Assembly (NCBI GenBank): GCA_963675525.2
Contig: CAXXSL010000020.1
Location: forward strand, 32,001 to 96,000
Direction: 5' to 3'
Source: Anaerohalosphaeraceae bacterium
GTDB taxonomy: Bacteria; Planctomycetota; Phycisphaerae; Sedimentisphaerales; Anaerohalosphaeraceae
Length of the DNA stretch: 64,000 bases
The notes beneath the pieces were generated by a model. That model saw nothing but the letters and a program-made list of their open reading frames with translations. It was not told the origin of the DNA and did not search any database. Positions 1-8,673 of this stretch are shown here, one piece after another. Every line of letters begins with the position of its first letter. The first letter of the stretch is position 1. The position numbers were made by a program, and so were the translations under genes.

Positions 1-1197
1 CAGCGTCTGACGGGCCTGGAAATTGAAAAACTGGCCAGGGAGTATGCCGAAGTCGCCGAAAAAATCGCCGGCTATGAAGCATTGCTGGCCAACCGGGACC
101 TGCAGCTTGATGTGATCCGTGAAGATCTGCACGAGATCAAGGAGAAATATAAAAATCCGCGGCAGACGCAGATCATCATGGACGAGGCAGATTCGTTTGA
201 TATGGAGGACTTGATCGCCGAAGAAGAAACACTTGTGACGGTTTCGCATGGCGGCTATATCAAACGCATGCCCATTGACACCTATCGCAAACAGGGCCGC
301 GGCGGCAGGGGAATTATTGGCTCTGACACGAAGGAAGGGGACTTCCTGGAACATTTGTTTGTGGCCTCCACGCATGACTACCTGCTCTTCTTTACCAGCA
401 AGGGAATCTGTCATTGGCTGAAAGTGTATAATCTCCCCGCGATGTCACGGCAAAGCAAGGGACGTAATATTGTCAATCTGCTTTCGTTGGGTCAGGATGA
501 AAAAATTACATCGATCATCAATGTCAGGGAATTTGATAACAAACGCCAGCTTCTGATGGCAACGAAAAACGGAACTGTAAAAAAGACCGTTCTCAGTGCG
601 TACGGTAACCCTCGCACGAACGGCGTGATCGCTATCAAGCTGGATGCCAGCGATGATCTGATTGGCGTCGCCGTCACAAGTGGTGCCGATGAGATCATTC
701 TCGGAACTCGTGACGGCATGGCGATTCGCTTTCATGAATCGGATGCCCGCTCGATGGGCCGTGTCAGCCAGGGTGTGCGGGGGATCAAACTGCGTACCGG
801 CGATAAAGTGGTGGATATGGTGATCGCCGAAGAAGGTTCGTCCCTGTTGACCGTTTGCGAAAAGGGGTACGGCAAGCGAACCGATCTGGCGGATTACCGC
901 ACTCAGAGCCGCGGCGGACTGGGTCTGATCAACATCAAAACCACCGAGCGAAACGGAAAAGTCGTAGCTCTTAAGGCGGTGCATGAGGACGATGAGCTGA
1001 TGATGGTCACAGCCAACGGGATGATCGTCCGCACCGGACTGGAAGAAGTTCGAGCCATCGGTCGAAATACCGCCGGGGTCAAGATGATTTCATTAAAACC
1101 GGGTGACCATCTGGTTGCCGCCGAACGGCTCATTATCGAAGAAGACGAAGATGCTGGCACGGATGCTGGTGCTGATGCTCAGCCGGAAAACGAATAG
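1..1197 (+). CDS. gyrA: DNA gyrase subunit A, C-terminal part (5' end lies outside the window)
   Basis: Frame open from base 1 (QRLTGLEIEKL...). GyrA-box QGRGGRG, beta-pinwheel repeats (GTVKKT, GYGKRT) and an acidic C-terminal tail. Confidence 0.96.
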   Translation, partial: QRLTGLEIEKLAREYAEVAEKIAGYEALLANRDLQLDVIREDLHEIKEKYKNPRQTQIIMDEADSFDMEDLIAEEETLVTVSHGGYIKRMPIDTYRKQGRGGRGIIGSDTKEGDFLEHLFVASTHDYLLFFTSKGICHWLKVYNLPAMSRQSKGRNIVNLLSLGQDEKITSIINVREFDNKRQLLMATKNGTVKKTVLSAYGNPRTNGVIAIKLDASDDLIGVAVTSGADEIILGTRDGMAIRFHESDARSMGRVSQGVRGIKLRTGDKVVDMVIAEEGSSLLTVCEKGYGKRTDLADYRTQSRGGLGLINIKTTERNGKVVALKAVHEDDELMMVTANGMIVRTGLEEVRAIGRNTAGVKMISLKPGDHLVAAERLIIEEDEDAGTDAGADAQPENE

Positions 1198-1211
1198 TAG
1201 AAAGCAGTATG

Positions 1212-1242
1212 TGTCATTCCGAACGGATGTGAGGAATCTATT
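1212..1242. repeat. REP-like palindromic element (GTCATTCC...GGAATC family)
   Basis: TGTCATTCCGAACGGATGTGAGGAATCTATT. Related copies at 6579-6606 and 39749-39780. Confidence 0.75.
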
Positions 1243-1254
1243 TAAACAGAAAAA

Positions 1255-1279
1255 CTTGTCCTGAGCGAAGCCGAATGGA
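1255..1279. repeat. REP-like element (CTTGTCCTGAGCGAAG.CGAA type)
   Basis: CTTGTCCTGAGCGAAGCCGAATGGA resembles a widespread intergenic short-repeat family. Single copy in this window. Confidence 0.5.
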
Positions 1280-1286
1280 TTCCATA

Positions 1287-1373
1287 AGCCCGAAGGGCTG
1301 TGATACAATAGCCGGGGGTGTCAGCCCCCGGTAAGTGGGACTACAATTCTATTGAGCCTCGAAGAGGCGACAT
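1287..1373. repeat. Three-hairpin REP/REPIN-like element
   Basis: AGCCC-GAA-GGGCT, then TAG-CCGGGGG-TGTCAG-CCCCCGG, then GCCTC-GAA-GAGGC-GACAT. Same architecture at 6653-6745. Confidence 0.65.
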
Positions 1374-1419
1374 AGAAAAATATAGCTCGACAGAACTGCA
1401 AAAATCAATTGAACAAAAT

Positions 1420-2418
1420 ATGGCGAAGAAACCCACAAAATCGAATAACCCACAGGGGTTTCATGTAATCTTTGGAGAGGACCCGTTTCTTGTCAGCAAG
1501 GAATGCGAAAAGCGGATGGATGCACTCCTCGAACCTGACCAGCGGTCCATGGCACTCTACGAACCCAGGGCCGAGGATGCTCAAATAGCCGATATTCTGG
1601 ACGAACTGCGGACGCTGCCGTTTTTGGCACCGAAGCGGGTCGTCTTGATCAAGGATGCCGAGTCTTTCATTAAAACCAACAGCGAGGCCCTCGAAAAATA
1701 TCTCGAAGATCCCAGCCCAACAGGCATTCTGATCATGACCGTCACCTCGTGGGATAAACGCTTACGTTTTCATAAAATACTGCAGAAAACCGGCGGCCTG
1801 ATCGAGTTGGCTAAGATGAAATCAAGCCAGATGTCCGCTTATGTGGCAGGCTACGCCCAGCAGAGCTACGGTATTCGCCTGGACACACAGTGTAGTCGGT
1901 TGTTGGTGGAACTGGTCGGTGACGACCCCGGTCGGCTGTGTCGCGAAATGGACAAGCTGGCAGTGTTTGTCGCCCCGCGAAAGTCCGTAACGTTTCAGGA
2001 CATCGAACAACTGGTTGGAAAAAATCGTATGTTTGACGCGTTCGGCGTGATCGATTCGATTAATGCCGGCCAACTTGCAAAAGCCATCGAGCGATTGCGA
2101 AACATGTTCGGTGCCGACAAAAGCACTGAATACACGGTGATCGGGGCGTTCGGCTGGCATTTCCGGCGACTGTTCCGGGCCAAAGCCTATATGGAAAAGG
2201 GACTCCACCCGCAGCAAGCCGCCCAAAACGCCGGTGTCTACGGCTATTTCCAGCAGGATTTCATCCGTCAGGCCGGTCAAATGACACTCAAACAGTTGGC
2301 GCATATTATGGCCGAACTCGGAAAGATCGACTTCGGCCTGAAAACCGGCCAGACAAGTGCTTCGACCGCGATGGAGCGGCTCATCACAAACCTGTTTTTG
2401 ATGCGAAAAAGGGCATAA
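1420..2418 (+). CDS. holA: DNA polymerase III subunit delta
   Basis: GEDPFL start, TLPFLAPKRVVLIKDAE, LVELVGDDPGRLCREMDKL, IDFGLKTG. The ATG at 1420 is preferred because the longer GTG start lies inside the repeats. Confidence 0.88.
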   Translation: MAKKPTKSNNPQGFHVIFGEDPFLVSKECEKRMDALLEPDQRSMALYEPRAEDAQIADILDELRTLPFLAPKRVVLIKDAESFIKTNSEALEKYLEDPSPTGILIMTVTSWDKRLRFHKILQKTGGLIELAKMKSSQMSAYVAGYAQQSYGIRLDTQCSRLLVELVGDDPGRLCREMDKLAVFVAPRKSVTFQDIEQLVGKNRMFDAFGVIDSINAGQLAKAIERLRNMFGADKSTEYTVIGAFGWHFRRLFRAKAYMEKGLHPQQAAQNAGVYGYFQQDFIRQAGQMTLKQLAHIMAELGKIDFGLKTGQTSASTAMERLITNLFLMRKRA

Positions 2419-2430
2419 TCCTTAAAAAAC

Positions 2431-2459
2431 TTGAATAATCCATCATACCTTGTTATAGT
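2431..2459 (+). promoter_or_regulatory. sigma70-type promoter of nfnAB
   Basis: TTGAAT-N17-TATAGT with an extended -10 TG. Confidence 0.6.
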
Positions 2460-2503
2460 GTCCGCCTTTCCGATTTGTCTAAATAGGTATCATTTTAAGG
2501 AAT

Positions 2504-3376
2504 ATGAATGTGGCTTTTCAGATCGTTAACAAAGAACAGTTGTCAGAAAACGTTTTTATGATCGACGTTGAAGCGCCGCTGGTGGCCCGTGCCCGAAAAG
2601 CAGGGCAATTTGTCATCGTTTCAGCGGAAGAAGAAGCGGGCGAGCGAATTCCCCTGACCATCGCCGGAGCCGATGCCGAACAAGGTACCATTCGCCTGAT
2701 TTTTCAGCGTGTGGGCAAAGCGACCGCTCAAATGGCCCAGTTTGAAAAGGGCGATTCACTCGGATATGTCGCAGGGCCGCTTGGCCAACCGACCCATATC
2801 GAGAAATTCGGCACCGTTGTCTGTATCGGCGGGGGGATCGGTAATGCGCCGCTGCTGCCGATCGCGTCAGCCCTGAAAGAAGCCGGTAATACAATTATCA
2901 GCATCATCGGCGCCCGCAATAAAGAACTGCTGATTCTCGAAGATGAATTCAAGGCCATCAGTGATGAATTGATCGTCGTGACCGATGATGGCTCGTACGG
3001 ACGAAAAGCTCTTGTGACTGAACCGTTGACTGAAATTTGCAGCCGTGACCCTAAGCCCGATCTTGCCATCGCCATCGGCCCTGCCATCATGATGAAATTC
3101 TGTTGCGAAACAACGAAGAAATTCGAGGTTCCCACACAGGTTTCTTTGAATACGATCATGGTGGACGGCACCGGCATGTGCGGCGGGTGTCGCGTGGAAG
3201 TCGGCGGCCAAACAAAGTTCGTGTGTGTTGACGGTCCCGAATTCGACGGCCATCAGGTCAATTTCGATCTGATGACACGGCGAATGAGTGCCTATAAAAC
3301 GCTTGAGCAGAAAGCGTATGAGAAATTCAAAGAGCATAAATGCCGAATCGGTTTAAATAAGAAAGATAACGCATAA
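2504..3376 (+). CDS. nfnA: NADH-dependent reduced ferredoxin:NADP+ oxidoreductase small subunit (NfnA/SudB-like FAD/NAD-binding protein)
   Basis: GERIPLTI, GPLGQPT, GGGIG, TDDGSYG, and the [2Fe-2S] motif MVDGTGMCGGCR...CVDGPEFD. Paired with the NfnB-like gene. Confidence 0.85.
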   Translation: MNVAFQIVNKEQLSENVFMIDVEAPLVARARKAGQFVIVSAEEEAGERIPLTIAGADAEQGTIRLIFQRVGKATAQMAQFEKGDSLGYVAGPLGQPTHIEKFGTVVCIGGGIGNAPLLPIASALKEAGNTIISIIGARNKELLILEDEFKAISDELIVVTDDGSYGRKALVTEPLTEICSRDPKPDLAIAIGPAIMMKFCCETTKKFEVPTQVSLNTIMVDGTGMCGGCRVEVGGQTKFVCVDGPEFDGHQVNFDLMTRRMSAYKTLEQKAYEKFKEHKCRIGLNKKDNA

Positions 3377-3412
3377 CGATTTCAAAGGAAATCAAACATC
3401 GAGGAATCAAGC

Positions 3413-4885
3413 GTGACTCAGAAAAAAACTCTTCTTCAGGAACTGATCGAAAAACAAAAGGCCGGATTACTGAAAGCCAAAGACCGGTATGAAATACCTT
3501 CGCAGGATATGCCTGCCCAGGACCCCGGCCAACGGCGCACAAATATGAATGAAGTGGCCCTCGGGTATACTGCCGAAGAAGCTCGCCTTGAAGCAATGCG
3601 CTGTCTGCAATGCAAAACGGCGCCCTGCATGAAAGGCTGTCCCGTGCGTATTCGCATCAAAGATTTTGTTTCGGCGATTGCGGATGGCGACGATGCTGAA
3701 GCGTTAAAGATCATCAAGGAAAACTCCCTGCTGCCGGCAGTTTGCGGCCGTGTTTGTCCGCAGGAGGTGCAGTGTCAGGAGACATGCACCGTTGGATTGA
3801 AATTCAAAGACGTTGACAAAAGCGTTTCCATCGGGCGGCTGGAACGGTATGTCGCCGATCTGGCGAAAAAGGATTCCGCCATTCCCGATATCGCGCCGGC
3901 TACCGGTAAAAAAGTGGCGGTCATCGGTTCCGGCCCCGGCGGTATCGTGGTGGCTGCGGATGTCCGCCGCGCAGGTCACGAGGTGACGGTGTTTGAGGCG
4001 TTTCACAAACCCGGCGGCGTGATGGTTTACGGGATTCCCGAATTCCGTCTGCCGAAAGCGATTGTCCAGGAAGAAATCGATGTCCTGAAAAAAATGGGTG
4101 TTGAGATCATCTGCAATTTCATTGTCGGAAGAACGCGCACGATTCAGGAACTGATGGCCGAAGACGGCTACGACGCGGTGTATGTCGGTGTCGGCGCAGG
4201 ATTGCCGAAGTTCATGAACATCGACGGCGAACACCTGGTCGGCGTTTACAGCGCGAATGAATATTTAACCCGCGCCAACCTGATGAAAGCCTACCAGTTC
4301 GGCAAGGGTGCCGAGACGCCGATAGCGGTCAGTAAAAATGTGGCGGTGCTTGGCGGCGGAAATGTCGCGATGGATTCGGCACGCATGGCCGTTCGGCTGG
4401 GCGCCGAAAATGTTTACCTGGTCTACCGCCGCAGCGAAAAAGAAATGCCCGCGCGCATCGAAGAAGTTCACCACGCCAAAGAAGAGGGCGTTCAGTTCTG
4501 CGTTCTGCAAAATCCAAAACGGGTTCTCGGAGATGACAACGGAAACGTCATCGGCCTGGAATGTTTGCGTTATGAATTAGGCGAGCCCGACGAATCCGGC
4601 AGGCGCCGGCCCGTGGCGATCGAGGGCAGCGAGTTTGTCCTTGATGTGGACACGGTGATTGTCGCAATCGGAAACGGCGCCAACCCGCTGATCCAGCAAA
4701 CGACGCCGGGGCTTGAGTTCAATAAATGGGGCAATATTGTTGTCGATGAAAACTGCAAAACGTCGCTGGAAGGTGTTTATGCGGGAGGCGATATTGTGCT
4801 GGGAGCGGCTACGGTAATTCTCGCGATGGGGCAGGGGCGTATCGCGGCAGCGGCGATAAACCGGTGCCTTGCTGAAAAAAAATGA
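3413..4885 (+). CDS. nfnB: NfnB/SudA-like large subunit (often annotated as homotetrameric NADPH glutamate synthase)
   Basis: EAMRCLQC...CMKGCPV, CGRVCPQEVQC, YGIPEFRLPK, GGGNVAMD, GGDIVLGAATVILAMGQG. Confidence 0.85.
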   Translation: MTQKKTLLQELIEKQKAGLLKAKDRYEIPSQDMPAQDPGQRRTNMNEVALGYTAEEARLEAMRCLQCKTAPCMKGCPVRIRIKDFVSAIADGDDAEALKIIKENSLLPAVCGRVCPQEVQCQETCTVGLKFKDVDKSVSIGRLERYVADLAKKDSAIPDIAPATGKKVAVIGSGPGGIVVAADVRRAGHEVTVFEAFHKPGGVMVYGIPEFRLPKAIVQEEIDVLKKMGVEIICNFIVGRTRTIQELMAEDGYDAVYVGVGAGLPKFMNIDGEHLVGVYSANEYLTRANLMKAYQFGKGAETPIAVSKNVAVLGGGNVAMDSARMAVRLGAENVYLVYRRSEKEMPARIEEVHHAKEEGVQFCVLQNPKRVLGDDNGNVIGLECLRYELGEPDESGRRRPVAIEGSEFVLDVDTVIVAIGNGANPLIQQTTPGLEFNKWGNIVVDENCKTSLEGVYAGGDIVLGAATVILAMGQGRIAAAAINRCLAEKK

Positions 4886-4890
4886 TCACA

Positions 4891-5307
4891 TCATTGCACA
4901 GCATCTGATACAAGCGGTTGGCTTGTACGCATGTAAAGATGTTCGTGCGACTGCGGGTTATCCATGCATTCGACGATCAGATCAAACACCTGGCAGGCGC
5001 TTTCATAGAGACGGCCGGTAATGATCGTTGTCTGGCCGATCATGTTTTCGAACAAAACGATGCAGCATAAGTCTGTAACATCTTCACACGTGTTATTGCG
5101 TGAATCAAGGATCGGAACGATCTGGTCATTCAGTTCAACAACCCCGATCACATCTTCAGACCGGCTCTGGGCAGGCTTTAATGTGACGCATCCCGCCACT
5201 TTGATCTGAAGTCCGTATCGCTGCTTGACCGCTGAAAAAGCAGTGATGAACTTCCCTCCGAGCTTTGTCCCGATCATTTTGTCTGATAACGGTGAATTGT
5301 TTTCCAT
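4891..5307 (-). CDS. Degenerate CheW-like domain protein
   Basis: VIGVVELNDQIVPILD resembles the CheW core (GviNLRGxIvPviDL). Has a GGAG RBS and its own promoter. Confidence 0.55.
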   Translation of the reverse strand: MENNSPLSDKMIGTKLGGKFITAFSAVKQRYGLQIKVAGCVTLKPAQSRSEDVIGVVELNDQIVPILDSRNNTCEDVTDLCCIVLFENMIGQTTIITGRLYESACQVFDLIVECMDNPQSHEHLYMRTSQPLVSDAVQ

Positions 5308-5414
5308 AACACGAGCTCCCTAATGAATTCCGTTTCCATTCTGGTCACTGTACCGTTTCATCGTTAAGCTGGTGAACTGCGATGTTAAAAATATGACTTA
5401 AAAATGTTATATCT

Positions 5415-5443
5415 ATTCTACGCTCGAAGCAACAGATGTTCAA
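5415..5443 (-). promoter_or_regulatory. sigma70-type promoter of the CheW-like gene
   Basis: Minus strand TTGAAC-N17-TAGAAT. Confidence 0.5.
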
Positions 5444-5459
5444 GGATTAAATATAAAAT

Positions 5460-6509
5460 TTATTGTTTTAAAGTGGACATTATTTTACCAATAGAAGTTC
5501 TGGCTCCGGCAGTGTATTCGTCGGAGGCCCCATAGTAAATGATGACAGAATCACCCCTTTCGACTGCACCGCACGAAAAAACCACATTGCCGTAAAATCC
5601 CTGTTTTTCATACGGATATTCAGGCTCCATCAAGGGCATTTTGGCGCGGGCGATGATTTTTTTGGGGTCCTGAATATCCAGTAAAACCGCCGCTAAACTG
5701 TACCGGTCGTCACTATCCGAGCCATGGTAAATAACCAGCCAACCCTCCTGTGTTTTGATCGGCACGCAGCTTCCGCCGGTCTTGCCGTCGTGAAAAGTCC
5801 CTTCCTCCGGCAGCAGCAGCGGTTGATGCTGTCCCCAGTGAATGCAATCCGGCGAAGAAGCGATCCAAATACCGCGAGGACCAAGATAACGCGGAACAGG
5901 GCGGGTCAGCGCATAATATTTTCCATCCGTTTTTTCCGGGAATAAAACCACGTCAATATTTTCCGGACAGAAGATAATACCGTGCCGCTCGAAATTCACA
6001 AAATCGTTTGTTGTCAGCAAGCTGGTGCAAATTCCGTTATGACTCACCGATTTATAAGTAATATAAAAGACATCGCCAATTGGTGTAATACGCGGGTCTT
6101 CCAGCCCGTAGGTTTCAGAGGCCAGTTCAGGGAAAACCGCCGGCGTCGCATCGACGGCAAAATGGATCCCGTCTTTACTGCGCGCCAGCCGCAAATGTGA
6201 AATACTCGTCAGGTACATTTCGTCTTTATAGTAAAACGAACGCGAGTCCGGAATATCCGTAATGCCCGGGTCATTATTCTTAACACGGAAAAGCACAAGC
6301 TCACCGGTCTCCGGATTCAAAATAGGGGCCACCTGCTCGTCGGCGGCCTTATCCTTCGGCCGCTCCGCAACCCGCAACAGCAGCAGGATCTCATCCCCAA
6401 ACACAACCGCCCCCGGATTAAAAGCCCCAACCACCTCATAATCACCCCGGCTGGGAATTACATCACAAGGAGAAATCAACGGATTGTCTTCAAATCGTTC
6501 GACAAGCAT
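5460..6509 (-). CDS. Glycoside hydrolase family 130 (beta-mannoside phosphorylase/glycosidase)
   Basis: NPLISP, FNPGA, LLLRVAERP, TSISHLRLARSKDG, GLEDPRIT, WLVIYHG, GNVVFSCG, IYYGASD. Confidence 0.88.
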   Translation of the reverse strand: MLVERFEDNPLISPCDVIPSRGDYEVVGAFNPGAVVFGDEILLLLRVAERPKDKAADEQVAPILNPETGELVLFRVKNNDPGITDIPDSRSFYYKDEMYLTSISHLRLARSKDGIHFAVDATPAVFPELASETYGLEDPRITPIGDVFYITYKSVSHNGICTSLLTTNDFVNFERHGIIFCPENIDVVLFPEKTDGKYYALTRPVPRYLGPRGIWIASSPDCIHWGQHQPLLLPEEGTFHDGKTGGSCVPIKTQEGWLVIYHGSDSDDRYSLAAVLLDIQDPKKIIARAKMPLMEPEYPYEKQGFYGNVVFSCGAVERGDSVIIYYGASDEYTAGARTSIGKIMSTLKQ

Positions 6510-6532
6510 GACTGTATTTTACATCATCAAGT

Positions 6533-6560
6533 CCACGGATGACACAGATTTTCACCGATT
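6533..6560 (+). repeat. Short CACGGATT-type tandem repeat, left arm of an inverted pair
   Basis: CCACGGATGACACAGATTTTCACCGATT. An inverted, similar copy lies at 8622-8651. Confidence 0.6.
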
Positions 6561-6578
6561 TTTATTTCGACATCCTTT

Positions 6579-6606
6579 TGTCATTCCCGCGAAGGCGGGA
6601 ATCCAG
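6579..6606. repeat. REP-like palindrome (GTCATTCCCGCGAAGGCGGGAATCCA)
   Basis: ATTCCCGC-GAAG-GCGGGAAT perfect stem. Same family as 1212 and 39749. Confidence 0.8.
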
Positions 6607-6652
6607 AAAACCAATCGTATTCAGTCCATCCGCAACCATCCTACTTACCCAA

Positions 6653-6745
6653 AGCCCCTTAGGGCGAAATCTTGTAGCCTCGCCCGTCAGGGCGTGGGTA
6701 AAAATAACATTACCAACCATCCAACGACCCCAAAGGGGTCGAAAT
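6653..6745. repeat. Three-hairpin REP/REPIN-like element
   Basis: GCCC-CTTA-GGGC-GAAAT, TAGCC-T-CGCCC-GTCA-GGGCG, then CGACCCC-AAA-GGGGTCG-AAAT. Confidence 0.65.
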
Positions 6746-6751
6746 AAATAG

Positions 6752-7621
6752 TTAATTATCAATCGATATGATTTCACCACCGCATTCTGGGGCATTGTGA
6801 GGATAACCAATTCTTGTCTGCTGATATTTTAGTATATCCACAGCAACAGAATCTTGCTCAGGAAATAATCTCGTCCTATTTATTCCTAATTTATTTAGGT
6901 CGTTACATATTTCACCTTTACATCCAGACGGTATTACATATCTTACAATTTCCATATTCTTTTCATTACTTTTTAAGAGTGACACTATAGTATTATCTTT
7001 TTTCGCATTTGGTTTTGGATGAATGGTAAATACGCTGCTTTGGGCAACCATTCTGGGATTATTTAATGGCGGATAAAATGCCAATGGTGTTTTGGGGTGT
7101 TTCTTCAATCCTGATTCTTGGGCCAACTCATCTGAGGTGCCGCTCCAAAAAGGTTCTCTTGCAAGATAGCTCACCTGGGGAGAATCCCACAACCAAAAGT
7201 TTTCTCCAGCATAATGCTTGTTCAGCTTTTGCGGGAAAATCACCCATATTTCGCCATCTTCTTTTGTGTGTTCACAAACGGAAAAATAAACGGCAATTAA
7301 TATATTTTCCGTCCAGTCAAGCAATCGGGTAGGAGCACTATAATGCTGCATCATAAACAACCATTCGATACTCCTCTTTTCAGGGATATTATTTGAAAAC
7401 ACAGGAACTTTACGCTGGTATTCCTCTATGTATCGAAATTCACGATCTTCAAGTGTACCAAAGAAAAAATCTTTAATTTGGGAAGATTCTTCTCTGAACA
7501 TTCTTGGTTCTAAATTCCCAAAACATTTACTATGCCCCCTAAACCAGAATGGGTATAGCCCTTTACCAACTTCAATAACATGATGGATGTTTTCAATTTT
7601 ATATGTTTTATATTGGTTCAT
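6752..7621 (-). CDS. FRG domain-containing protein
   Basis: WFRGH, LEPRMFR, MQHYSAPTRLLDWTENILIAVYF, NPRMVAQSSVFTI, LGINRTRLFPE. Markedly AT-rich. Confidence 0.9.
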   Translation of the reverse strand: MNQYKTYKIENIHHVIEVGKGLYPFWFRGHSKCFGNLEPRMFREESSQIKDFFFGTLEDREFRYIEEYQRKVPVFSNNIPEKRSIEWLFMMQHYSAPTRLLDWTENILIAVYFSVCEHTKEDGEIWVIFPQKLNKHYAGENFWLWDSPQVSYLAREPFWSGTSDELAQESGLKKHPKTPLAFYPPLNNPRMVAQSSVFTIHPKPNAKKDNTIVSLLKSNEKNMEIVRYVIPSGCKGEICNDLNKLGINRTRLFPEQDSVAVDILKYQQTRIGYPHNAPECGGEIISIDN

Positions 7622-8364
7622 TTACTCCCTCTCTCCATTTCTAACTCAATCCCACAACCATCCCCATATTCTTCTTTCAGATCAGCAAGCCAGATATCCA
7701 AGTCAGGATCTGGATATTGAGTTTTTGAACCTTTTCTTAAGAGTCCACCGTCATACCATCGAATCCATGCCCTATTTGTATCAAAGGATTCTCCTGTAAG
7801 CTCACAAAGAGCCAGCCTGAGAGCTTTGTCTTGATTAGTATTAACAGTCCCATTTTTGAGCCAAGAAATACATAGTGGAATACCTCGCATGTCATTTTTC
7901 AAAACAGAAACCATGATCCATCTACCTACCCAAGTGAAGTCTGTTGCATACCATCCAATCCATTTCCAGCTTCCCCAGAAAAGATGAGAATCAAAGATTT
8001 TAAGTTTTGCTGAGGAGAATTCTTCTGCAACACGGTCAGCTCTAACCATTGCCTGCTCATGCTGCCAATGCTTCACGTGATTAACCGGATTAGGACCCAC
8101 AGAGCTTTGAGCGCAGCGTGTTGTCAAGAACAATGTCGCTCTTGCAGCAAGTGGATTATCGCCGGTAACTTTCCACTTTTTTTCTTCCAATTCAATTCTC
8201 AGGCTTTCGTTTGTTCCCCTATGTGTAAACTCAATCCAAGTCCATTCACGGTCAGTAGGTCTTTTGCAGTCTCCATCAGAGTCATAATTCACAGTTCCCC
8301 AAAGATAATAAGGAATTTCTGCAAAATACGGCCTTGGTTTTATATTTGTTAGTTCATAAATCAT
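7618..8364 (-). CDS. Hypothetical Trp-rich protein, translationally coupled to the FRG gene
   Basis: Long open frame with probable ATG at 8364. Its stop overlaps the FRG start (7618-7621). AT-rich. Confidence 0.7.
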   Translation of the reverse strand: MIYELTNIKPRPYFAEIPYYLWGTVNYDSDGDCKRPTDREWTWIEFTHRGTNESLRIELEEKKWKVTGDNPLAARATLFLTTRCAQSSVGPNPVNHVKHWQHEQAMVRADRVAEEFSSAKLKIFDSHLFWGSWKWIGWYATDFTWVGRWIMVSVLKNDMRGIPLCISWLKNGTVNTNQDKALRLALCELTGESFDTNRAWIRWYDGGLLRKGSKTQYPDPDLDIWLADLKEEYGDGCGIELEMERGSK

Positions 8365-8480
8365 TTTTCTCTTAATCCCTACAATATGCCCTAAGATTCT
8401 TGCATTCTTCTGTCCTTGCCACAAATTATACCCCCCATTTCCCGCCAAAAACAATACAAAAAGCTCAAAAATATATACTT

Positions 8481-8508
8481 CTGCTCACTGCCTATAGCCT
8501 TCTGCCTG
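8481..8508. repeat. Degenerate heptamer tandem repeat (CTGCCTA x4)
   Basis: CTGCTCA CTGCCTA TAGCCTT CTGCCTG. Confidence 0.5.
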
Positions 8509-8558
8509 GCCACGTTAATCCTTTCTAAAAAAATCTGTGGATAAAAAACAAAAAATAT

Positions 8559-8586
8559 TTGACAAATACAAAACTTCTGCTAAAAT
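8559..8586 (+). promoter_or_regulatory. sigma70-type promoter of the HTH gene
   Basis: TTGACA-N16-TAAAAT with an extended -10 TG. Confidence 0.6.
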
Positions 8587-8621
8587 ACAATAAAAATCAA
8601 ATACTTTTAGTAGTATCGGAT

Positions 8622-8651
8622 ATATTTGTGATAATCCGTGTTAATTCGTGG
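8622..8651 (-). repeat. Short CACGGATT-type tandem repeat, right (inverted) arm
   Basis: Reverse complement is CCACGAATTAACACGGATTATCACAAATAT, similar to 6533-6560. Confidence 0.6.
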
Positions 8652-8673
8652 CAAAAAAAGGAAGGAGCAAATC

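Noticed and set aside
1318..1419. N-terminal extension of HolA in the ORF track
   Set aside because: It is translated from the REP-like hairpins; the homologous region starts after the ATG at 1420.
5308..5410. c-di-GMP riboswitch before the CheW-like gene
   Set aside because: The GGCAAAC...GAAA...GACGCAAAG-type core is absent; only a weak CATCG/CGATG stem is present.
8536..8544. Perfect DnaA box (TTATCCACA on the minus strand) suggesting oriC
   Set aside because: It is a single box overlapping a degenerate repeat arm, with no DnaA-box cluster.
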